Shown here one piece after another: positions 1-8,920 of a DNA stretch of 36,486 nucleotides. Position 1 is the stretch's first letter, and each line of letters opens with the position of its first letter. The position numbers were made by a program, and so were the translations under genes. This stretch comes from a virus. Taxonomy: Duplodnaviria > Caudoviricetes. Below the pieces are notes generated by a model. That model ran no database searches. It was not told the DNA's origin and saw nothing but the letters and a program-made list of their open reading frames with translations. The stretch is taken from the IMG/VR virus record IMGVR_UViG_3300013126_000103, positions 1-36,486 of that record; one strand, written 5' to 3'.

Positions 1-36
1 ACGACAGTAGTACTTTGAGGGAGTCACCCATTCTTT

Positions 37-1815
37 TTATGCTTCACAGCTAACACAATCGGGATTCATTGCTTGAGCGGCAATATCACCTCTTAATACT
101 GATTCTGTTCTCATATAATATAATGTTTTAACACCTTGTTTCCATGCTTCTAAGTGAACTTGGTTAATCCATTTAGGGTCTGCGGTTGCTGGAAATGCCA
201 AATTCAATGAAACCGCTTGGTCGATGTATTGTTGTCTAACACCAGCCTGTCTAACCAAATCCAATTGATTAATTTCCTTAAATGTTTTAAACACTTCTTT
301 TACTGATGACATTTTATATTGGTCTTCTTCTTTAACTTCCGTACATTCCACAACTTTACCATCCACAAAACACCACTCATCTAAAAATTCTAAACCTTGT
401 ACTGAACCTCCATCTGCTAAAATTTGGTCCCATACCTCTTTTGTATTCTTACCAATTTTACGAAGTACTTTTTCTAATTCAGGATTTTTACGAATGAACG
501 TTCCTTTAGATGTTTGTTCGGTGAATACATTTGCTGCCCATGGTTCAATACCTGAACTAACATTACCACTCAATTTAGAGTTTGATACAGTTGGGGCCAC
601 GGCTCTTAAGTGTGTATTTCTCATACCACTTTCCTTACACCATAATGGTTCACTATATTCTGAAGATAACCATCTACTCGCTCTCTCTGATTCAATCTTG
701 ATTTGTGAGAAGATTTTACGTGTTTCAAATTGTGCAGTTAAACCTTCAAACGGTACACCTTTTTGTTGTAAATAAGTGTGCCATCCTAATACACCCAATC
801 CTAACGCTCTACCTCTTTCCGCTGAACGAACAGAGTTTTCAAATCCTCTCATGTTCTTTGCCTTTTGTAAGAATTCTTCCAATACACCATCTAAAAAGAT
901 TGTGGAAGTATAGATTAAGTCAGTGTCTTTCCATTCATCATACTTTGCTAAATTCAAAGAAGATAAACAACACACAAATGAATGTGATTCGTCTGTGTGT
1001 AAAACAATTTCAGAACAGATATTAGTCATATGAACCTTTAAACCATTCTTCTTATACATCTCGGGATTTTGTTTATTTACATTTCCTTTGTACATAATAT
1101 AAGGTTCTCCTGTTGCCTTTCTTTTTTGAAGTAATTTACCCCATTTTCTACGAGCTTCAGAATCACCCTCTTCTAACTTCTTCATAAACTTATCACTAAC
1201 AACCACACATTGGTGTAGGTTTAATGATTGTCTATTAACATCACCTTTTGGTTCTCTAATTTCTAAAAAGTCTTCAAAATCTTTATGATCAATTTTAATA
1301 TTTACCGATGCCGCACCTCTTCTTACTGAACCTTGATTAGTTGCAAGAATGGTCGAGTCGTAAATTTTAATAAATGGAATTACACCATCTGATGTTCCAT
1401 TGTTTGTAATCTTAGCACCGGCAGGTCTAATCATATTAATACCAACACCAACACCCCCACCATGTTTTGCTAATAACATTAACTCTAAATTCTTATTTCC
1501 AATTTCATAAATTGAATCTCCAACATCAATACCAAAACAAGATATCGGTAATCCTCTATCACTTCCTGTATTTGATAATACCGGTGTCGCTAAACATAGC
1601 CAACCTTTCCAAATGTAGTCGAAAAATTTAGTCGCCAAATTTGGTTTTCCTAATCTTTTGGCAACAGTTGTTGCAACTCTCCAATAAGCATCTTTTGGTT
1701 TTTCTCCTGGTAGGAGATAACCTTTAGATATTGTCTTTACGTAAATCTCTGTATTTCCCCAACTTGGGAAGTCGACATCGAGCTCCCAACCGAGTTCTTC
1801 TCCGTAGTTCTTCAT
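37..1815 (-). CDS. nrdA: Ribonucleoside-diphosphate reductase alpha subunit (class I, compact, no ATP cone)
   Basis: 592 aa with ATPVLSN, ISCF (redox Cys), GGGVG, RRGA, TNICSEI (Asn/Cys/Glu catalytic motif), CCLSS, APTVSNS, KTLYY and a C-terminal CxxC (CVSCEA). Confidence 0.96.
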   Translation of the reverse strand: MKNYGEELGWELDVDFPSWGNTEIYVKTISKGYLLPGEKPKDAYWRVATTVAKRLGKPNLATKFFDYIWKGWLCLATPVLSNTGSDRGLPISCFGIDVGDSIYEIGNKNLELMLLAKHGGGVGVGINMIRPAGAKITNNGTSDGVIPFIKIYDSTILATNQGSVRRGAASVNIKIDHKDFEDFLEIREPKGDVNRQSLNLHQCVVVSDKFMKKLEEGDSEARRKWGKLLQKRKATGEPYIMYKGNVNKQNPEMYKKNGLKVHMTNICSEIVLHTDESHSFVCCLSSLNLAKYDEWKDTDLIYTSTIFLDGVLEEFLQKAKNMRGFENSVRSAERGRALGLGVLGWHTYLQQKGVPFEGLTAQFETRKIFSQIKIESERASRWLSSEYSEPLWCKESGMRNTHLRAVAPTVSNSKLSGNVSSGIEPWAANVFTEQTSKGTFIRKNPELEKVLRKIGKNTKEVWDQILADGGSVQGLEFLDEWCFVDGKVVECTEVKEEDQYKMSSVKEVFKTFKEINQLDLVRQAGVRQQYIDQAVSLNLAFPATADPKWINQVHLEAWKQGVKTLYYMRTESVLRGDIAAQAMNPDCVSCEA

Positions 1816-1837
1816 ATTTCAATAAAATTTTTGTTAA

Positions 1838-2833
1838 TTAAAAAATATCATCCCAATTTTCACCTTCACCCGATTTACTATAATCAGTAGGTCTGATTGC
1901 AAAGAAGTCTGTGTGAGTAACCCCACCCGTAAGATGATAAAACCAATCTAATTCTGATGCCCTTTTCTCATTAAATTTGAATACTGGTTCATAACCAAGT
2001 TCAACTAATTTTTCATTAATTCTTTTAGTTATAAATTCTTTCAAATCACTTGCTTTAAGATTTTCAAGGTCCCCCATTTCAAAAATCTTATCAATAAATT
2101 TATATTCCAATTCTTGAATTAACTTAGCGGCACCGTAAATATCTTCTCTTGCCTCATCCAATAATTCAGGATATTCTAAACACATGTGTCTGAATAATTG
2201 ACATCCCATTTTAGAATGCAAAGACTCGTCTCTAACACTCCATTTCATTTGTTGTCCAATACCTTTCAATAGGTTTCTCATTTGAAAGCTATAAAGAACA
2301 GCAAATGATGAATATAATGCAACACCTTCTGCAAATGCGGAGAATATCGCTAAACTTCTACCAACTTCAACCCTCGCTTTATGGTTCTTAGATAAATCTT
2401 CAGGTGTCCAATCTGCGGTTGTGTTTGTAAGTAATTCAAATCTTTCTTTCATTGTTTCATCATGTAAGAATCCTTCGAAATCTTCTAAACCTAAAGTTTC
2501 ATTCAAATATGAATATGCAACTGAGTGGATTGTTTCTTGAGACCCAAATGACATCGCCATTTGTTTAATCTCGTGTTTAGGAAACCACTTTGTAACCATA
2601 CCCGTCCAATAATCTGAAACCGCACATTCTGTTTGTGCAAATCCTAATAAAATATTACCAACTAAATGTTTTTCGGAATCACTTAAATTCTCATTCCAAT
2701 CTTTAACATCACCTTGCATAGGTATTTCAGTGTGTAACCAAAACGCCTGCATTTGTTTTAACCACCCTTCGTTGTAATATTCAGGATACTCAAATGGTTT
2801 AAATGGTATTCTTTCTGTGAATAATCTACTCAT
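1838..2833 (-). CDS. nrdB: Ribonucleoside-diphosphate reductase beta subunit (dimetal, ferritin-like)
   Basis: 331 aa with FW..TE, AQTE (E69), QETIHSVAY (E100, H103, Y107), AEGVALYSSF, RDESLH and a DFFAIRPTDY tail; adjacent to nrdA. Confidence 0.96.
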   Translation of the reverse strand: MSRLFTERIPFKPFEYPEYYNEGWLKQMQAFWLHTEIPMQGDVKDWNENLSDSEKHLVGNILLGFAQTECAVSDYWTGMVTKWFPKHEIKQMAMSFGSQETIHSVAYSYLNETLGLEDFEGFLHDETMKERFELLTNTTADWTPEDLSKNHKARVEVGRSLAIFSAFAEGVALYSSFAVLYSFQMRNLLKGIGQQMKWSVRDESLHSKMGCQLFRHMCLEYPELLDEAREDIYGAAKLIQELEYKFIDKIFEMGDLENLKASDLKEFITKRINEKLVELGYEPVFKFNEKRASELDWFYHLTGGVTHTDFFAIRPTDYSKSGEGENWDDIF

Positions 2834-2841
2834 ATCATTAT

Positions 2842-4227
2842 TTAATTTTGTGTTCTTAATTTTCTTTCTTGTGATTTCTTAAATACTTCAGCCGCACGGT
2901 TTGCTCTCTTCTCTTCTTGTTGATGTTCATGTCCTAAAAGAGTATTTTGAGATTCGGTATCAATAACCAAGAATTGATTATCAAACTTACAGTTTTGCCA
3001 AATAATACCATCTTTACCAATACGAGACTTCAATAATGTTAATGTTGCCAAGTTATTTTCTTTTTGTTCAAGTGTTTTACCAATCGATAAGATAATGTGA
3101 GCAATTTGTGCCTTCTTAATTGAACCGCCCATTTGGTCACCAGTTACAACTTCAGAAGAAATTGATTCACGATTACCTTGAGTTGCAGTCCATATCGCAA
3201 TATCAAATTCAGATGTCATAGCTTCCAAACTTCTCATAATTGACCCTTCTCCTTTCCATTCTTCACCATTTACACTTCTTTCAGGTGAAATACAATCAAC
3301 GTAATCAATTACCACTAAATCGGGTTTAAAACCCTCTGAAATCATTTTTCTAATTTTAGATTTTATTTCAGAAATAGTTACGTTATCACTTGGAAGCTTA
3401 GATAATTTCAAAGAACCATGTGATCTTTCTTGTTGTTCTCTAACCAATTTCAAAACTTCATCTTTAAATTCTGGTTGTTCGTCTGGTGCAACTCCTGACC
3501 AAATAGTATAATGTTTCCTTTTAATTTGACCCTCGTTATCCTCAAAAAATATTTGAAGTACGTTGAATCCATCATTATATGCGGTATTGCAGAATTTGGT
3601 TAATAAGGTTGTTTTTCCTGTACCAGTTGGTGCTAAAACAACACCTAACTCACCTCTACCGAGTCCACCCTTAAGAACATTGTCTAAACCAACAATACCC
3701 GTTCTAATTGGAAGTCTATAGTCCTTTTCTAATGCATCGTCAATATTGTGAAATACATCGACAACACTATCGTTTATTACACCAACTTGCAGTGCCTTTT
3801 GGATTTTCTCTTCAATTTTATTGTATGACTCGAATTCACCATTATCAATAATTGATTGAATGGTTTTTAACTCCTTTTTCAAGTTTTGTTGTCTACAAAA
3901 ATTTAATGATTTGTCTTTTACAAATTCATCATTTTTCTCCAAATTTTTAATTGCCTCTAATGTATCAATGTGTGGTCTATTAGAGTCCTTATTACCACCT
4001 TCAGACATTATTTTTTGGGCTACAGTCTCGTAGTTTGGAACTTTGTTATAAAGTTTATGAAGTTCTTTAATGTTCTCCATAATAAACTTAAAGGAGTTGT
4101 TATCAAAGTATTTACTCTCTAAAACCTCAACGATAACATCTCCAAACTTTTTATCTTCTATAATTGCTTTTATCAGTTGTTGTTGAAATGTGTGACCTAA
4201 GTACCCAAAATTTTTCTCTTCAGACAT
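2842..4227 (-). CDS. dnaB: Replicative DNA helicase, DnaB/T4 gp41-like (SF4)
   Basis: Walker A APTGTGKTT, Walker B VVIDYVD, WTATQGNR and LKSRIG motifs; 461 aa. Confidence 0.9.
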   Translation of the reverse strand: MSEEKNFGYLGHTFQQQLIKAIIEDKKFGDVIVEVLESKYFDNNSFKFIMENIKELHKLYNKVPNYETVAQKIMSEGGNKDSNRPHIDTLEAIKNLEKNDEFVKDKSLNFCRQQNLKKELKTIQSIIDNGEFESYNKIEEKIQKALQVGVINDSVVDVFHNIDDALEKDYRLPIRTGIVGLDNVLKGGLGRGELGVVLAPTGTGKTTLLTKFCNTAYNDGFNVLQIFFEDNEGQIKRKHYTIWSGVAPDEQPEFKDEVLKLVREQQERSHGSLKLSKLPSDNVTISEIKSKIRKMISEGFKPDLVVIDYVDCISPERSVNGEEWKGEGSIMRSLEAMTSEFDIAIWTATQGNRESISSEVVTGDQMGGSIKKAQIAHIILSIGKTLEQKENNLATLTLLKSRIGKDGIIWQNCKFDNQFLVIDTESQNTLLGHEHQQEEKRANRAAEVFKKSQERKLRTQN

Positions 4228-4241
4228 GTTTATAATTTTTT

Positions 4242-4688
4242 TTAAAGTTGGTAATTCAAATATTTTGTTTCTAAGTTTTTCGAAGACAATATGTCAGTCA
4301 AATCTGACAAAATCTTCTTAAGTTTCGGACGAATATCTACCGTGTATCTAACTTTTGGATGGTAGTAATATGCGGGGAATATTCTTGAAATAAATACATC
4401 CTCATTCAACTTAATTTCAATTAAAAATTCCTCTTTTTTATTCTCTTCATCATCTTCCACACTCTCCAAATTGAGGAAATAATTTTGATTTTCACATAGA
4501 TAATCAGAAGTTTTTATTTTCAAATCCTCACTAATTTCTTCTGAAATTTCTTTTACATAATAATGAAGATCCATAGACCTCCTTGCTTGAGGATTATGAT
4601 TTTTTACATTAAAAAATCTTTGGCATACAATGTTACCATCCAATGTTAACAAAAATTCAAATTTTGTGATTTCTTGTTGATTAGTCAT
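4242..4688 (-). CDS. Hypothetical protein in the replication operon
   Basis: 148-aa ORF whose start overlaps the stop of the upstream exonuclease gene; no motif recognised. Confidence 0.75.
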   Translation of the reverse strand: MTNQQEITKFEFLLTLDGNIVCQRFFNVKNHNPQARRSMDLHYYVKEISEEISEDLKIKTSDYLCENQNYFLNLESVEDDEENKKEEFLIEIKLNEDVFISRIFPAYYYHPKVRYTVDIRPKLKKILSDLTDILSSKNLETKYLNYQL

Positions 4689-5700
4689 AGTTTTTAATTT
4701 TAATTAATTTTTTATTTTTTTCTTTTCTTGTTAATCTTAGGAATGGGTTTAAGAAATTTGTCCATCTATCATCTGATTTAGGTAATAAATTAAAAATTCC
4801 GTCTTCTGTCATCATTTTCATCATGTTTTTATATGATCTACCTTCAGGGTCTAAGACATCATTTATTAATGAATCTATTGTATCTCTGGCATCATCAGTC
4901 AAAAGGGGGTCTTCTAAACTTACTATCTTTTTATTTATGTGAAAAAATTCCTCACCAAATACCCCGTGTTTTGTTACTCCTGTAAGAATATTTTTATATA
5001 ACCAATTATTTTTATCTTCTTCAAGTAATAAGTTGGTTCTCTCCAATATCTCTTCCAAACTAACTGCTCTGTTTTTTATCTCAGGATATAAGGTTAATAA
5101 TCTTTTTAACCCCATACTTTTTATACCCGATATGTTATCAGACGGGTCCCCACATAACATCTTAACCAATTTGACATTACTGATATGAATATCTTCATGA
5201 CTATAAGTTATAATGTCATCAGTTTTGTATAACTTTCCGTGAGATGGATTGTAGATAGATGTTTTTTCAGAAACTAATTGAGTTAAATCACCATCAGATG
5301 AATAAATGATTTTTGTCTCGGTAGGTGAGTTTTGAACATAATATGCCACACAATCATCAGTCTCACAATACTCAAATTCACCTTGTCTTACATAAAGTTC
5401 TTCTAAGTATTGTTTTATTCTATTTCTCTGATAATTGTAGTTATCAAGTTCTTCTTCTGAACGAATTCTATTTCTTCGATTTTCTTTGTAGAGATGATAG
5501 ATTTGTCGTCTTTGGTGTGAACCATTTTCCCCATCCCAAAAGACGACAATTTTATCTAAATGATATGTCTCAAACGATCTTCTAAGAGTATTGATAAAAT
5601 GATAGATTCCTCCAATATGTTTTCCCTTATAGAAGTGATTTTTAAGACCATAGAAACCAATCGTGAGTAAATTGTCACCATCAACTAATAAAACGGACAT
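4681..5700 (-). CDS. 5'-3' exonuclease / flap endonuclease (T4 RNase H-like, PIN fold)
   Basis: LLVDGDNL, VFWDG, YKENR, ETDD, SSDGDLTQL and H3TH motif GDPSDNISGIKSMGLK. Confidence 0.92.
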   Translation of the reverse strand: MSVLLVDGDNLLTIGFYGLKNHFYKGKHIGGIYHFINTLRRSFETYHLDKIVVFWDGENGSHQRRQIYHLYKENRRNRIRSEEELDNYNYQRNRIKQYLEELYVRQGEFEYCETDDCVAYYVQNSPTETKIIYSSDGDLTQLVSEKTSIYNPSHGKLYKTDDIITYSHEDIHISNVKLVKMLCGDPSDNISGIKSMGLKRLLTLYPEIKNRAVSLEEILERTNLLLEEDKNNWLYKNILTGVTKHGVFGEEFFHINKKIVSLEDPLLTDDARDTIDSLINDVLDPEGRSYKNMMKMMTEDGIFNLLPKSDDRWTNFLNPFLRLTRKEKNKKLIKIKNYD

Positions 5701-5716
5701 TAATGTTTATTAATAA

Positions 5717-6691
5717 TTATTCATCCTCAGTTACAACTTCAATATCTTCCGCGTCTGTAACGTTAACGCCTAACATTTTACTAATATAATCTCCGTGATT
5801 TGATTTGTAAAGTTCAATACTTTTCTTTTCTTCAACATCATCTCTACCTTTCATAAAGTCATGTGCTGTCACAAGAATTCTACCATCTTCATAACCTAAA
5901 CCATTTACATGGTTTTTCATAATAGAAATTTTTGTTCTTGTTGCAATCTTAACTTTTCTCTTGTCTTTTGTAATAGAGATTTTAGTTGTACCTGCACCTT
6001 TTTGATTACCAAATAAAAATACCAAAGTTGAATTTAACCAAATTGCTTCTCCACCTTTTGCTTTGATTTTTGGTTGACCGAATGGATTATCAGGAAGTTC
6101 TACCCAAGGTTGGTTTACAATAATTAAGGTATTTGTGTATTGTTTGTCTGAACGACGAGAACCTGAAATTCTTTGGTTCAAACCCATACCAATTTTATCC
6201 GCTAAAACAGATGCATTGTGTTGTTTCCCACCTTTACCATCATAAGTCATCTTACATGGTACTGAACCTACAGAATCCCATAAGAAGAGAATATCGTGTG
6301 GAATTTCACCCTTTTCTTGTGCATCCAACACTTCATTAATAAAATCTGTGATTTGTTCGATATACTCGAAATCACTATTAAAAAGATAGAAATCATCTTC
6401 TTTATTGAAATCCATCAACTCGGCGTGGTCCCAACTCCATTTTTGTTCAGTAATGATGAACACAGGTAATATTCCTTTCTTTTGAGCATCCACCGCAGCC
6501 TTTAAAAGTGCAGTGGTTTTACCCGTATCACTATGACCTAAGAACATATTTAAATGTCCAATAGCCGGACCAGGAATACCTGTTGCATCTAAAAATGCGT
6601 CACCCAAATCAAAGAACCTATCAGCCTTGTATTCAGCCTCTTTAGAGAACTTTTTCTTTATTGAACTAAAATCGTTTTTTTTGATTGCCAT
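5717..6691 (-). CDS. uvsX: RecA/UvsX-like recombinase
   Basis: Walker A GHSDTGKTT, Walker B LFLWDSVG, IIVNQ, KGGEAI and KNH motifs of the RecA fold. Confidence 0.88.
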   Translation of the reverse strand: MAIKKNDFSSIKKKFSKEAEYKADRFFDLGDAFLDATGIPGPAIGHLNMFLGHSDTGKTTALLKAAVDAQKKGILPVFIITEQKWSWDHAELMDFNKEDDFYLFNSDFEYIEQITDFINEVLDAQEKGEIPHDILFLWDSVGSVPCKMTYDGKGGKQHNASVLADKIGMGLNQRISGSRRSDKQYTNTLIIVNQPWVELPDNPFGQPKIKAKGGEAIWLNSTLVFLFGNQKGAGTTKISITKDKRKVKIATRTKISIMKNHVNGLGYEDGRILVTAHDFMKGRDDVEEKKSIELYKSNHGDYISKMLGVNVTDAEDIEVVTEDE

Positions 6692-6705
6692 AATAAATAA
6701 ATTTA

Positions 6706-6740
6706 AAAATGGGGCCTTTGACGTTATCGCCGAACCCCTA
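6706..6740 (-). promoter_or_regulatory. GC-rich RNA hairpin between ssb and uvsX (weak terminator or processing/regulatory stem)
   Basis: Minus strand GGGGTT-C-GGCG-ATAA-CGTC-AAA-GGCCCC followed by ATTTTT; G-U pairs favour folding on the minus strand. Confidence 0.5.
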
Positions 6741-6752
6741 TTGTTTTACCAA

Positions 6753-7607
6753 TTAAAATGGTAGATCTCCATCAACATCTTCACCCTCTTGTGGGTCAAC
6801 CATTGGTGTTGATTTTTTTGGTGCTGCAATTGTTTCTTCTGATGAGGAATCCAATTGAGATGCAGAAATCCACTTGTTACTTTCTGTACTCCATTTTGGA
6901 GTTTCTCCGTTAGCAACCAATTCTAAATAATCTTCACCCTTTTTAGAATAAACATCTGACCAAACTAATTGATCATTAATCCATTCATTTGATTTATCTG
7001 AATTATCATGTAATGGATTTGGGTCTTCCGGAATTACAGAATTAATTGAAGTGTACTCTTTACCTGTACCCGCTTTAGTTAATCCCAAAGAAAGAATCAA
7101 ATCACGACCTTTATTAATGTCGGTAATGTCTCCTTTGTTTTTAAAAATTGGGAAGATTTTATCCAAAACACCATCACCTTTTGCGTTGTGTTTGAATCTC
7201 CAAAACTTAACACCATCTTCTTCGTGGTCTCTGTCGATTACTTTAACAATGTAGAATTTACGAGAACGGTATTGTCTAGCCAATTCTCTGTCCGATTCTA
7301 CACCTGTTTCCATAAGTCCTTGATAAACCTCGTTCAATGGTGATCTTTTACCCTCTTGCTTTGGGTCATAAAGTTTCAACCATTTTCCATCTACCTGAAC
7401 TTCGTGAAAGTACACCTCAACAAAAGGTGAACCACCGTCTTTAGTAGGGAGGATTCTGATTCTTCTTTCTTCTCCACGAGAACCTTTAGGAAGGACTGTA
7501 GTGAAGTACTTTTTCATTCTGTCTTCTTGTGAGACTTTGTTTGCATTGCCACTTGTGGCTTGTTTACTTTTTTCGTACTGTGCTAGTACTGCATCAAATG
7601 TTGACAT
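6753..7607 (-). CDS. Single-stranded DNA-binding protein, T4 gp32-like
   Basis: RIRILP..DGGSPF.E.YFH, RKFYIVKVIDR, GVKFWRF, GDITD...GRDLIL and an acidic tail ending DVDGDLPF; next to uvsX. Confidence 0.85.
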   Translation of the reverse strand: MSTFDAVLAQYEKSKQATSGNANKVSQEDRMKKYFTTVLPKGSRGEERRIRILPTKDGGSPFVEVYFHEVQVDGKWLKLYDPKQEGKRSPLNEVYQGLMETGVESDRELARQYRSRKFYIVKVIDRDHEEDGVKFWRFKHNAKGDGVLDKIFPIFKNKGDITDINKGRDLILSLGLTKAGTGKEYTSINSVIPEDPNPLHDNSDKSNEWINDQLVWSDVYSKKGEDYLELVANGETPKWSTESNKWISASQLDSSSEETIAAPKKSTPMVDPQEGEDVDGDLPF

Positions 7608-7644
7608 AATAGTTAAAATTTAAATTAATAATATCATTGTCTTA

Positions 7645-7675
7645 AAAAGATAAATAAAAAAACCCGAATTACAAA
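7645..7675 (-). promoter_or_regulatory. Bacteroidota-type housekeeping promoter for the ssb-uvsX-helicase-nrd operon
   Basis: Minus strand TTTG (7675-7672), 19-nt spacer, then TATCTTTT (7652-7645); one mismatch to the TTTG-N19-21-TAnnTTTG consensus. Confidence 0.55.
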
Positions 7676-7684
7676 ATCCGGGTT
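7656..7684 (-). terminator. Rho-independent terminator after the Dps-like gene
   Basis: AACCCGGAT-TTTGTA-ATTCGGGTT stem-loop followed by a T run on the minus strand. Confidence 0.8.
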
Positions 7685-7713
7685 AATCTTTTTTTAAAAT
7701 TATTTTTGAGGGG

Positions 7714-8079
7714 TTATTCCAATGTTAAAAGATACGATAATTTATTGACTTCTCCAATCATTTCATCTCTTATATTCAATAAATCCGTGTCTTTTTCATC
7801 TAATTCAATTTGTACTAAAGCTTCTCTAACGGTGTTAATTAAACCTTTCATATCCATTTCAGAAAGATTATTCATTTGAATTGTTTTGGTTTCCTCATCA
7901 AGTATAAATCTTCCGTATTTACCCATCGCACTTTCAACAAACGTATCGATTAATCCATCCATAACGTCGTAAAATTCTCCAAATGCTTTATGTCTAGCAA
8001 ACCCTTTAGTTTGCCAGTGATTAATTTTCATTTGGGTTTGTAGTCCTAAAAAGAAATTAACATTAGAACTTAAATTCAT
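7714..8079 (-). CDS. Small Dps/ferritin-like protein (DUF5856-like phage family)
   Basis: 121 aa with HWQTKGFARHKAFGEFYD...IDTFVE, matching the Dps HW...H..F.E.Y......D...E pattern; ends in a LLNIRDEM...NKLSYLL helix. Confidence 0.75.
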   Translation of the reverse strand: MNLSSNVNFFLGLQTQMKINHWQTKGFARHKAFGEFYDVMDGLIDTFVESAMGKYGRFILDEETKTIQMNNLSEMDMKGLINTVREALVQIELDEKDTDLLNIRDEMIGEVNKLSYLLTLE

Positions 8080-8698
8080 CTTCTTGTTGCTCAGGGTTAA
8101 ATGATTGTCTTATTGTGTCTTTTGAATAATCGTCAACATCTTGTTTTGTTAAAACATATTCGTTCTTACCACTTTGTCTCATTTCCCCTTGTTTTTGTGC
8201 AAAGAATTGTTGTGGATTTTGATTAAACGGATAGGAGTCTAATGACCTCATTTCTAATCTTTCTTGAGCAGATGGTTCCTTCATTTGTTCAACCTTAGAA
8301 CCAAGATCATCTATTTTAGACATAACTTGATCCATTTGTACCAGTTTACTTTCTAAATCAGATAGTTTTGTGAAAACGTCATCCATTTTGTTAACAACAC
8401 CATCATATTCAGACTTATTGTCATCCATATCCTTTTTGATACTCTTAGTCATATTAACTAAATCGGTGATATCAATTTCTTCTGTACTATCCATTTCAGC
8501 GGGTGCCGCGTCCGTCATTGGTGCGGCCGCTGGATCTGCGGGTGCAGCTGGATCAACAGGTGCGGGTGGTGGTGCATCTGCGGTTGGTGGTTCAACTGGT
8601 GCAGGTGGAACATCTTGTTCCATAATCATTTTCTTTCCATATTTATTGATGGCGTTAAATCTCATCAATTCTTCGTGTAATTTTTTTTCTAAACTCAT
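8063..8698 (-). CDS. Hypothetical protein with Pro/Ala-rich linker and coiled coil (possibly head-associated)
   Basis: 211 aa: N-terminal KKLHEELMRF..I..Y, a PPAP/DPAAP low-complexity tract and a heptad-rich middle. Confidence 0.7.
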   Translation of the reverse strand: MSLEKKLHEELMRFNAINKYGKKMIMEQDVPPAPVEPPTADAPPPAPVDPAAPADPAAAPMTDAAPAEMDSTEEIDITDLVNMTKSIKKDMDDNKSEYDGVVNKMDDVFTKLSDLESKLVQMDQVMSKIDDLGSKVEQMKEPSAQERLEMRSLDSYPFNQNPQQFFAQKQGEMRQSGKNEYVLTKQDVDDYSKDTIRQSFNPEQQEDEFKF

Positions 8699-8702
8699 GG
8701 CT

Positions 8703-8909
8703 TTAATCTTGTAAAAGTTGTCTACCGTCTTCGGTAATATATTTTTTATTAATTCTTTCTACAATCCCGTCCTTAGACCTGATAACGTAACATTCCCCTG
8801 TTTGTAAATCACATTCCTCTCTTTCCATACCATCATTAGAAATGTTTCTAACTTGTTTCGGATTTAAGAATTGGTCTACTGTGTTTTTCAATTTATTATT
8901 ATTATCCAT
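8703..8909 (-). CDS. Small hypothetical protein
   Basis: 68 aa with a Cys pair (ECDLQTGEC) and C-terminal ITEDGRQLL; fills the gap between neighbours and is preceded by tandem TATTTATA. Confidence 0.7.
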   Translation of the reverse strand: MDNNNKLKNTVDQFLNPKQVRNISNDGMEREECDLQTGECYVIRSKDGIVERINKKYITEDGRQLLQD

Positions 8910-8920
8910 AATATTTTTAT

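Noticed and set aside
1-36. Relatively GC-rich sequence after the nrdA stop (GGGTGACTCCCTCAAAGTACTACTGTCGT on minus), possibly the start of a structured RNA or terminator
   Set aside because: It is cut off by the window edge and only a 3-bp stem is visible, so it cannot be supported.
8495-8612. GC-rich repetitive tract that could suggest foreign DNA or a repeat array
   Set aside because: It is explained by Pro/Ala codons of the low-complexity linker and has no regular repeat-spacer structure.
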